NCBI GenBank assembly: GCA_030141605.1
Contig: JAQGDQ010000126.1
Location: forward strand, 506,328-570,327
From: Tubiluchus corallicola
Lineage: Eukaryota > Animalia > Priapulida
Direction: 5' to 3'
Length of the DNA: 64,000 nucleotides
How positions within the stretch are numbered: position 1 is the first letter of the stretch; each line of letters begins with the position of its first letter. The notes under the pieces were generated by a model. That model did no database searches. It was not told the origin of the DNA and saw nothing but the letters and a program-made list of their open reading frames with translations. Of this stretch, positions 1 through 56,870 are shown in pieces. A program made the position numbers and the translations under genes.

Positions 1-950
1 GCAGCTACAGCAGCTGCAACAACAACAACGTCTTCATATGATGATAGCAACAACAGCAACGACGACAACAGTGAAAATGTGAGCAGCAGTGGTAATTAAT
101 GCAACAAAGACAGCAAGATCAATAATAGAGGTGGCCGCCTAGTAATATAGTGATAACAATAATTGTTTGCACTGTGTGCGAGATTCTCAATTGCCTAATA
201 ATTTTCATTTTGCCACTTGAAGAGAACAGTGAGTTAAGAACAAATAAAACACTTTGAAAATTACTGGTTTTTGCATTAACATTATTTTTGATATGCGGTA
301 CTTGTACGTATGGCAGCATCTCATGTTTTAATATGGTGGCCAGTCACAAAGTTTAACAACGCCAAGTTTTCTCACCAAATAACTTCAATGGTGTTCATAC
401 TCGAGAGTAAAAGTTACTGACACTACATTTCTAATCTGTACTAGAAACGCCGAGTGTAACCCGCCGATGAGTACACTAGACCAACTCGCACCAACTGTCA
501 TAACTCTTAAAGCAGTTCCCACTTGTGAGTTTGCTGTCAGGGAAAAAACTCGTAACAGAAAACAGTAATATTTCCATATCAAGTTGCTTAACAAAAGGCC
601 ATTTAAAAATTTGGTGCTGCTATCAATATTTTGTATTTTAACGTTCTACCAATGCACATAAAGTACATGTTATAATATATGCATGATTTGTAGTGCTACA
701 AAATTAAAAACCCTAGTGGCAATAGTGCAACGCATTTATTTCTACAGTATGCACCGCTTAATAGCTCATTTTGCGATGAGGAAGTGTTTTGACCCAATTA
801 ATCTGAATCTGTTAGCCGATGGGTGTAGCATTGCACGAACCACCACTCATCAGCTTATGTAACGTTTACATGAAGGCGACGCAGGTTGAATACGCATGTT
901 GCAAACACTATTATTCGCTATTACGCGAAAATAAGTAACACATGTATAAC

Positions 951-1014
<64 letters not shown>
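951..1014. repeat. (AAT)n microsatellite
   Basis: Direct reading. Confidence 0.98.
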
Positions 1015-1015
<1 letters not shown>

Positions 1016-1785
1016 AAGACCTTTTAATAAACATTAATATCTGTAGTCACAGTCATTTTACATTAAAATGCACATTTTACAAAAAAAAAATACACGCTGC
1101 TAAGACTAAAAAACAACCTAGATAGAGGCATTATTAAGATTACTACTATTATGCACGAATCGAAGATTATTTGCTGACAGACTGACAGACTCAAAAAACC
1201 AGTTACGTGATTTTATGTCAAAATGCAGCTAACAATGTGGTAAGACTATACCATTATTAAAATATTTTGAACTTAAATTAATCAGTCATTTCCTCTCACG
1301 TATTTAAAGAATTAATGATAATCGTTTTTCAAAATATATCTATGAACGAAACTCTGCATTGCCCTCTCAATTTTCAGCTGTGGTCTAGAATATGTGCATT
1401 TGTTATCTCTTAGGTTTTCAGTTTTGTTCGTATATATGTTCGCTTATATATATATATAAAAACAGTGTTTATGGTCTTGAATAGCATAAGCCATACCGAT
1501 ATACTAGTTTTTCTGAATTAAGTAGCAACATTGTGCATTACAATGTACAACTTATACCTTGCATGGGCTTATGTACGTTGAGAATCGTTTCTATTATCGT
1601 ATCTATTGTATGGGTTTTGTAAATTTTAATTAAGTATTAGCTAATGAACTAGTCGTATTTTTGAATTAACTATTTTGAGTTATTACATATTCGAACTAAC
1701 CAATTGTATATTTCATCACTGCACATAGTGGAAATATTGTAATCAGTAATAGTTACTGTGTTGCAAATCCACTCAAAATAAATAA

Positions 1786-1789
<4 letters not shown>

Positions 1790-1835
<46 letters not shown>
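1790..1835. repeat. (TA)n microsatellite
   Basis: Direct reading. Confidence 0.98.
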
Positions 1836-1836
<1 letters not shown>

Positions 1837-2109
1837 TAGTTTCTAAAAATTTACCAACGACATTTCATTGCTTTGAACAAATTGCGCTTTTGATACTGTG
1901 TGAAGTCAGTAGGGTCTTTGAAGCTACATTTTAGCTCTACATCAAAGGTAACAATTTGAGTTTAATACTTGACTGTATTAACTGCTGAAAACCATTAGTT
2001 GTTACCATTGTATAACATTTTCATCATCCTGCTCAGCGAATTTGTTTCATGCAATTTTTCCGCGCTTATAGAGAATGTCATTGAGAAAATACATTACATG
2101 TTTTTGAAC

Positions 2110-2257
<148 letters not shown>

Positions 2258-4510
2258 CTCGCTTTCTCCTTTCTCTGTCATTCTCTCTTACTGCGACTCG
2301 ATAAGTTCAAACGTCAAATATAGATATCAAGATATTTACTTCCTAAAACGCCTTTAAATGGTGAAAACCAGCGTTTGCAAACGCACGTAAGCCGTTACTT
2401 TGAATGTCTACCTATTTTTCTGAATCAAACTCATTATACGACTTAGGACAGTGCACTTACGTTGTTTTAGTGATTGCAAACTCATTAATTTATGACTAAA
2501 AACACGCAGGAAAAATTAAGCAAAGTCTTTGTGGCTAGGTGACATTAAAAAGCAGGACAATACGCTGAAATTTCTATTTCAAGGATTTCATTAGTCAATG
2601 CTTGGAACATCAAGGACTTCTGGAGAATATTAATTAGGAAATGTTATTATTATTTTAAAACTCGTTCCCTCCAAGTATCTTGTTCTAGTTTCCCGGATTT
2701 TCGGTCGAGCAGAAAATGATTAGACCGAAGCCGAGGCATACAATGACCGTTGATAATTTGAGTACATATTAATCGATGTACACTTAATTAGGGTTAAACG
2801 AAACTTGTCCGCAATTCGTATCAAGGACGTGCCTAGTCAATCACCTAATAAATGACATGGATGACCATTTACTGCCACATTTTTAGATCTGGCATAAAGG
2901 AATCCCTGGTTCTTTCACATGTTGTTGTTGATGTTGATGTTATTGTTGTCACATTTATCTTTGAAAACTGAAAATTGAAAACATGATGATGATGACGATA
3001 AATCTTTATTAGCCTCTTTTTGCAGGCAAACATTTCTGGACACACATTATACAATTTTGCATAGATAAAATGAATTCTACAATATTACAAGTTGCGCATT
3101 CTGGAAAAATCAAATCAAACATTTATTTTTCATCCCAATAAACATAATAGAAAATAAGTATAAATTTAAAAAAAACAAAAAGGAAGGTGTAGCGAAAAAC
3201 ATCAACTATCGAATCAGTCACCCCAAGCTGAGTATTAAATTATGTATGTATGTATATATATATATATATACAAAAATTAAAATGAGTGCTAAAATCAACG
3301 TTGTTAATTAAGCAAGTTTCCTGCCTACTAACATAAAAATGCAGGTAAATTAATATACTAAATAATAAAATCACCAATGCAACATTTAAGACCGCAAAGA
3401 GTTACAATATCAATACTACACAAATTTAAGCCCCATTTTACTTAAATTTAGCAGCAAGATCTTAAAATAAAAGTGTTTTTTGCAAAGTAAGTTAGACTGG
3501 CAGTAAATTTACATTTACAAAATTTAAGTTGTCATTTCCCAATTCGTTTAATAATGCATAATGCCTGTTGGCATCAGCATATCAAATACTACAATCGGAC
3601 TAAACTATCAATTGGCTACAGTTTTCATCATAGAAGGCTGAAATTGCGCATAATGATCGTTTTCACCGTTGAACAGATCGTAACGGAGCCCAATTTTTCA
3701 TTTTCCAAACGTGGCCCTCAAATTGTTCACGACGGATGACGTTAAATTGATCTCGACTGTTAAATGGATCCGCCCCGTTCATTGGTACGTTGCTGAATTA
3801 TGGACCTGCCCAATTACCGTTGTCATGTAATTCAGCTTACCCAACACTGGTGGCAATTTCTTTCACAAAACGGAAGTCTTGCCGCAAATACTACTGGTAT
3901 ATAAAATGGTAACTTTTGGCTTTAGATGACGATACGTAAAACACGTAAGTAGTAGCAGCAGTAGCAGTAGCAACGTTTATTCTCTAAATTTCGTGTAATT
4001 GCCAGTTTTAATAATTACATAATAATTTTTACGCTTTCAGAAATACAATTGGAGCATTTTTTACTATTTCGTGACGTATACGGCGTGAAATCTGAACACT
4101 ATAACAATTTTTACAAAATTTAATAATGAATGTAATTACAGGCACCTAATGAACTATTTTTCCATATTATAAATCGCACTGCTCGTTTATGTTTAAAAAT
4201 ACACCCGAGTACAAAGCAAACATTCTGTGAATTTGTTTATATCATCAAAATTACCAATTAAATCTCGAGAGTTACAATTCTCAACATTACATAATTTACG
4301 TGCCAATCCTAAATTGGTAACACGGGTTTACATAACTCACACAATCTATCTTCTCCAGGTTTATGTTGCCAATGACCTTTTTCGATAGCTAAATCGTGAG
4401 ATATTATTCGCAAACTTACAATATTTTTATAAGCATCAGTAAACAATTTTCTCTCACCATAAAACCCTGACAGTAAATCTGGATTAATATTTACATAGTA
4501 GACGTATTTT

Positions 4511-4830
4511 GTCTTTCCTCGAGAAGCCCGTAAATGTACGCAATTCTTTTAATCTTCTTTTCCCATTAGGTGTAATTCCGGTGTATTAGGTGTAATTCTG
4601 ACTTATCGACAAGAGATTTATAATAGATTACATATTTACAGTTGTTCTGAGATAGGCAACATAAGATTCAGTCTTTCCTCGAGAAGCCCGTAAATGTACG
4701 CAATTCTTTTAATCTTCTTTTCCCATTAGGTGTAATTCCGGTGTATTAGGTGTAATTCTGACTTATCGACAAGAGATTTATAATAGATTACATATTTACA
4801 GTTGTTCTGAGATAGGCAACATAAGATTCA
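4511..4830. repeat. Perfect 160-bp tandem duplication
   Basis: 4511-4670 is identical to 4671-4830. Confidence 0.97.
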
Positions 4831-4868
4831 CCCTTTCAGCACATCCTCACTAATCCGTTTCATGATAC

Positions 4869-6866
4869 TGTTGCGCGGGCGGCCAAGAGATCCAGGGTTT
4901 AACACTGGATCAGTCAAACAATGTTGCAGACAAATATTGTAGATAACAGGGCTATAAAACTTGACAAACTATAAAAATGTCCTATAATTCCTATAAAATC
5001 ATGAATTCTCAATGAAATGAGAATGTTATTGGTATTTTTCGCATAACCACAATTAAATATTGTAAGTACATATCTTCATGATTTGGGCATTTTAGTGAAT
5101 GTAAATAACAGATGTCTGTCGCGAAAGAGCGTACCCAGAAGTGTATAAGCCGCTCAATGACAATACCAACTTCAACCAAAGATTGCTCTCCTGTTACAGG
5201 TAGGAAAAATCATTTACTTTTGCAAAGAAATTGTGAAAATCGCTGTACTGTGAGGTTAGAAAACTTTCGTTTTTAAGGAAAAATGTCCTATAATTTATAT
5301 ATTTTTTCAAAAAATGTCCTATATTTTTTTAGAATAATGTCCTATATTTTTGAAAAGTAGAGTACGAGCTGTGAGATAAGAAAATAGAAAAGAAATGTAC
5401 AAATTCAAACAGAAACACAATGTAGAGGGGGGTCGAAAATAAATGGTATTTCGCCACCGTAACACTGCCCTCCTGTACAGAATGAAGCACACAAGAGAAA
5501 AAATATTTTTTTTGAAAAGTAAATTTGCAAAAATGTCAAATTAGAACACAATTTCTGTTGCACAACGCCTAAAATGTTTTTGCCAAGAAACAAACAGACT
5601 AAGCAGCATAACGAAATTTTAACTTACAAGTTGTTAAAATGTAAAAATTTTGCTGCAAAAGGAATTAAAATGAAAAGAAATGACTGAAATCAAAAGTAGT
5701 TAAGGCTCGGAGAGCTGGATCTGTCCGGGCCGGATTCAGGCTTCAGCAAACATGGTTCATCCTCATCATAAGGTGCAATGTTGTGTAGAAAATGAACGTC
5801 TGGAGTGTGTCCATGGTTACGTTCAATTCAGTAACGTCCTTATATTCCAAAAATGCTCAAGCAGTTGTTCAGCCTACGTAAGGGCTGTTCCAGTCCTACG
5901 TGTAAGTCCGTTGTCCCACTTCCTAGATGGCTGTTGGTTAGCTCTGCGTATTCCACTTGTACTGCTCGTATCCGTATTTAGGTCGCAATTTGATGGCCCG
6001 TTCCGCAATAATACAGGTTCTGCAGGAACCCGAGTCTGCAGATTCTGCTTCGTATTGGTACCACCGAAAGTTGGACGTACGACTCGTTGGGCTGGTTACA
6101 GCGTCCTCACTCTGATACTGTCATCAGTGCCTGTTGAACTAGTTCTTGGTGAGACTCTGTCCACGCAACAACATAGCTGCTATACCCAAACTTAAATTAA
6201 CACAATTAAAATAGTAGTCCAGGAAAGTGCTGCTAAACCAAAACAAATTACACAAAATCTTTGAACTGACAGCTTCCATCATAGTAAAACCAACACTACT
6301 ATTTACAGAAGAAATGTTGTTCCTTCGCTGGCGGGGATTCCATTCCGCGCGAAGTCACAAGCAAACTGTACCCCTTCATAACTTACAGAGCCACACAAGA
6401 GCAAGTGCTGTATAACCACTGACATTAGAGTACTTGCTGCTCTGCTAGCAAAAGCATGCTGAACTCAAAAAAAGCAAAGGTCCTTTGCTGCTCGGTGTTA
6501 AAATGTCAGGATCAATTCCAGTAGAAGAACTCGTCCAGACGGATCCCACTTCTGACACCAGTATTGCGGAGGCGGTCAAGAAGCCCAGTGTTCAGATCTG
6601 GATCGCCCAAACCTGGTTGCAAACAAATATTGCAGATGAAAAAATTGACAAGAAATATAAAAATCAAGTAGAAAATTAAGGTAAAAGCTAGCCAGACTCT
6701 TTCCATGTGTTCCTCATGCTGATCATATGACTACGAAACAGGTGCTTAGGTGGTAAACGTATCTGTCCTTCTATCGACTAAACCGACGAGGCCATTCCAT
6801 AATGGATATCGAATCATCACAATGTAGAGGGGTGTCTAATATAAATGGTATTTCGCCCACGTAACA
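4869..6866 (-). mobile_element. Small non-autonomous LTR retroelement (element B)
   Basis: 5' LTR 6562-6866, perfect 18-nt tRNA-Leu PBS 6543-6560, about 1.1 kb internal region without recognisable gag/pol, PPT AGGAGGGCAG 5465-5474, 3' LTR 4869-5464 (interrupted and partly deleted), 4-bp TSD ATAC at 4865-4868 and 6867-6870. Confidence 0.9.
4947..5373. mobile_element. Non-autonomous DNA-transposon-like insertion inside the 3' LTR of element B
   Basis: Absent from the other two LTR copies; 6-bp TSD AGATAA (4941-4946, 5374-5379); weak termini CAGGGCT/AGCTGTG; repeated AATGTCCTATA motif near both ends. Confidence 0.75.
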
Positions 6867-8572
6867 ATACTATTCCAAAAATCAATTTGCCTTTGTTCAA
6901 TTAAGAAATCTAATGAGGGCATACAATAATTAAACAGTACTATATCAATAGTGACTGTCCATCTGACCTCAACCATACTTTTTACCATTTTCATATACTC
7001 TGTTTTTAACAGATTACAGCGTTCTCTCCCCCATGTTTCACAGTTATACAATAATGTGCTGGTTACACAGGCAAAAAACACACGTTTCCTTGTACACAAG
7101 AGTCTGTAAAGTTTTTCACGTAAAAGTTGTAAAACTTAGCGCAATTATACCACTTTGATTTAAATTCTTCCAGAATATCTTATTTTAAAGATAAGTTATC
7201 GTATATTCTTGAAGTAACGAAATGCTTATGCCTTATAGTACCGGTACGTAGCAGTAATGGATCATATTCAGTCTCATCAGTAGGGTTAAAAAACTAAAGG
7301 TGACACATAGTAGGTTGCAACAATATTTTGTTTAGATCACAATGATTTTCAACAGATTGTAACTTTTGTATTAACTTAGCCCTTGATGTAGCAATAACAA
7401 TGGCATTGTCAGCATGAATTAAGATATGAATCATATGAATAATATACTCAGGATCAAACGTATTACGAAATAAAACTGTCAGGTCATTTATGTATGCGAT
7501 AAACAACATTGGGGAGCTTGGGGGGCCCTGTCGAATTCCAGCATTTGACTCAAATGGGCCTAATGCTATATTATCAAAAAAGACAATATTTTCTGTATAG
7601 CAATTAATGCACAAGAACATAGCACCAATTCCAAGTTAATAAGTGTCATAAAAAAATATCTGCCTTGCAACTCGATCGACTGCTGCGCTATAATCAAGGA
7701 AAGGAACAAATAAAGTGATTTTAGCTCGTTTAGCCAGTGTAATTAAGATTCTTAAAGTTAATACATGTTCCGCACAGCTGCGACCGGGTTGAAAGGCAGA
7801 TTGCTTATAACACGGCTTAAACCACAATTTAAATCTTTCACACAGAATAATATCATACAATTTAGCTAAAAGTCTCATTAATAAAATTCCATGGTAATTA
7901 CCAGCATCATAAACATCACATTTTTAAACAATGATTCTATAACAACTCTACACCAATCAGCAGGGTAAGGCGCATACGAAAAACAGGTTTGCGAACGCGC
8001 GTGTTGTGGGTGACTTCAAGTAATGAAAATTGAAGAATGCACATGACTGTGGAGCAATTTTTTGTTTGAAAACTATAGCTTTCAGATTTTTTTCGAATCT
8101 CGTGAGAGTCATGATGATGATGATGATGATGATGTGATTGCGATGACGACGATGACGATGATAGCAACTATGCTGACATGTTAAAACGTCAATGTTTATC
8201 ATGTCATCTCAGCGTCAAGTACATTCTGTTATTCTGCATGCGCAGCTTGGTGCGTGCTATTCTTGGCGCAGGTATATTGCGTCTGATAAGACATTGCGGC
8301 TACTGAAACTGATTTATTACTGCATCTATGCAGAAGATAATAAATCGTCACCGCTAGTATATTGTTGAGAAAGTGATGCGTAAAGACGCGGTAAGCTCTC
8401 ATATTGCAATGACACGTTACTCCTTTTAGACTTAGCGTTCTTTTTTCAAGCAAATAAATACCACTCCTTGTTAGATTAAATTGATTTACTTGAAACAAGA
8501 TTTCGTTGGCTTCTGAAAAACATTGCAGTTTTGCGCCTGGGATGTACAGAAAGAAATCCTAACTTTGCCGTT

Positions 8573-54042
<45,470 letters not shown>

Positions 54043-54690
54043 CAATGAAAGTCACCTGAAATTAAGATGAAAATTTTTCCTCAAATTAGATAAACCGTCT
54101 GCAGCATAATCTGAAATTTTTACTGCAGATAAATTGGTACAGCATTTACTGCATATATATTACCTGACCCGAAAGAAGGGACACAACTTTTGAACTCTTT
54201 AACTGCTTGTTGACTACTGTAAATACTATTATCGTTATCCAATTGTACTCAGTCTTTATTGTCAAAATACTTTTCAGTCTCACAGGCCAATGTAGCGTGC
54301 TTACAGCACACAAGGAGCATAGCTGATGCAACGTTTCTTTTAAGAATAACGGCTTATTCTATTATTAGTATAGCCCTGACGCTGACGTTCATAAAAACAA
54401 ACATAATATTATTGTTTAGATATGCAGTAGTTTATTATTTAACCTAGTATTATTAATAAGACGCAATGATATATGAATAGAGATATTGTTAAGCATCTTA
54501 TACCAAGAAATGTACTGAGTTTACTTGTTTATGTACAAATCGTACTATGTCACCTTATGCAATTTATCCAGCATAATGGGAAATGATTACTGATTTGATC
54601 CTGGAATTTTTCTTCCTCCTAAGACACCCACAGTTACTGCACTTCTAATCCTATTAATTGTTGGCCAATGCCAAATCTAAGCTAAAGTAT

Positions 54691-55077
54691 TGGACTGCTC
54701 TCCACTTTTAGTGGAGGCAGAACGGATGGCACCGCGGCCTACACTGTGCGGCATGACTCCAAGACAAAAAAACGAAAATGAATAAAATAAAAATGACGAT
54801 TTATTATCAGAAAAAGAAAAGTTTCAAATGGCTTACCGAATGGAGACGTGCGAACAGAGCTGGGATGAGATGAAGCAACCACTGACCACTGACAAGGATC
54901 TACAGCAGACCTACCCTTTTTATAAGCTCAGGTGTGCACGTGACTAGTGGCTCCCACTAACACAAGGTCAGAATAAGCGTCTATGTGCTAGTTAAAGCCA
55001 CGTTCACACGCACACCTGATAAGTCTGCTGTATTCTCCTGCCAGTATTACACTATCTCATCACAGCCCTGCAGTACA
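54691..55077 (-). repeat. 3' LTR of element A (387 bp)
   Basis: On - strand begins TGTACTGC and ends GCAGTCCA (7/8 terminal inverted repeat); aligns with 63597-64000. Confidence 0.95.
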
Positions 55078-55093
55078 CTGTCCCCCTTCCTCC
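55078..55093 (-). other. Polypurine tract of element A
   Basis: GGAGGAAGGGGGACAG directly abuts the TG of the 3' LTR. Confidence 0.85.
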
Positions 55094-56870
55094 AGACAAA
55101 GAAGTCCCTTCTTTGAAGATCTAGTCTTCCATCGGGAGGGAGAAGAACAGCCACCCACACTGACCAGAAAGCAAGTTTGAGCACTGCTAATCAACAATAC
55201 AAAAAGTGTTCCCTTTCATTAATCAAATAGAATCACAGAAATATTTTGCAAAGACTGGCAATTCTACAAAACAACATGAGCTAGTGCATAACGCCTAAAG
55301 AATTACAAATTAAAAGATGAAAACAATGTCAGATTTCTTGTATGAATAAATTAAAGTTAAACATTACATTTCTAGTAACAACAATTTTTATATAACGGCG
55401 AGTCGACTTAAAAAAAACTTCCAACTAAATATGCCTATGTCTACGTAAGAATGCAAAAATGAACGAAATAAATGTAATCAGATATCATCCGCTATCCGTA
55501 AATAAACGTAACGTAGCGTAAATAATCCGCACGATCTGCAATTCTTAATGATTCACCAGTACCAATTATGTCTCAATAAGCAAATGCAAGTAAGGTGTGA
55601 AGTGTGGACTAGCCCTTAGTCAAGCAACAACGCATCCGATACCACTTGTGTAACACCTGGGTTGGTAGAGCTTGCCTGGAAAAGATTAACGCTAGTACTC
55701 ATGTCAAGCATACAGTTAGTTCAAGTGAATTTCCACTGTAGACCTAGCATAAGATTTATTGAGCTTAAGTATTGGCTCCTATGGCGAAAAACGTCGACTC
55801 TCCATAAATTTCCAAAATAGCTGTGCTGTACAACAGAAAAGAGGTAGTAAATCTGCTTACACCAACTATATTCATAGCGGGAAACAAAAACAAAAAGTTA
55901 TATGCCACTTTATCTTTAAATAAATCGACATCTTTGATAAGCAATAACAATGCTGACAACTTAACTTCTAAAAAAAAAATTTAACACCTTACCGTGTTCG
56001 ATTAACTTACGCAACCGAGGGCTGGTCAGTGGTCAAAGTCGCTCTGTTCACATGGTAGCCAACGGACAAGGCTTTGTCGCGAAGCTAGAAATAGGACCTC
56101 GAAGAACGAAAGCAACAACAACAAAACGTCAATTATCGAAAAAGACTAATTAGAAATAGTCATCAACAGGAATCGGTTGACTTAAAACAACGAAATCGAG
56201 AATTTCGATCACGACTATCTACTCGTACAACTTAGATGAAACACTCTAAACAAACAGTAATTGTTTAGCAAAAATAAAATGTTTGTTCTGCCATTTATCT
56301 CTCGAGATTAATGCTAGAACAAATGACAATTTGCAATAACTATTTACAGAACAAATATTTTTTAAATTCCATTCAAGAAAAAAAAATTCAAAATTTAATT
56401 AAAGAATACACAATTGATTTCCAATACGGCCACTTGAAAACATAGAACAAAAACTAATATATTCGCCTCTCCTCCTCTCCTTAAAGAAGAGTGAAAATTC
56501 CATTTTTCACAAAATACGACAAAAATAATAATGACATGAGGTAATCAATATACAGCCAACGAAATGTGTTCAATTCTTGGTTCCTCAGCTGCGAAAAAAA
56601 ATAAAAATTTTAACATTTTTAAACATGCTCATTAAGTAAGTTTTATAATTCAGTTAAACAAGCATCTAGTCACGTATTTTCGAATTTGACATGTGTAAGT
56701 AGTTACAACTCCATTCTTAAGTGTTAATTCGGATGTGTCACATAGAATAGTTGCTGGAATTACGAAAATGTTTCGCGTAAGTAATTCTATGAGTGCATCT
56801 AAACTCGAGCATTTTCCTGCTTGTAAAGTGAGAGATGGGAGGGTTAAGATGAGAGAACTCTTCTAGCATC

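Larger units (their letters stand above)
4200..7930 (-). mobile_element. Degraded LINE ORF2 (RT plus C-terminal Cys region), split by LTR element B
   Basis: QSAFQPGRSCAEHVLTL, FLDYSAAVDRV, GIRQGPPSSPMLFIAYINDL, HADN, LLYNCETW. The reading continues across the excised LTR element (DFWNSI|MKRI), and fragments RIISHDLAIEK and DRLCELC lie at about 4330-4410. Confidence 0.85.

Noticed and set aside
5752-6195. 147-aa + strand ORF inside element B
   Set aside because: Antisense to the element, with no recognisable motif; cannot be supported as coding without homologues.
8280-8345. GATAA motifs upstream of DUR3 recalling fungal nitrogen regulation
   Set aside because: Expected by chance in AT-rich DNA; there is no basis to transfer fungal regulation.
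55765-55959. 64-aa hydrophobic ORF as a candidate env
   Set aside because: Too short, non-ATG start, and no signal peptide, furin site or ectodomain.
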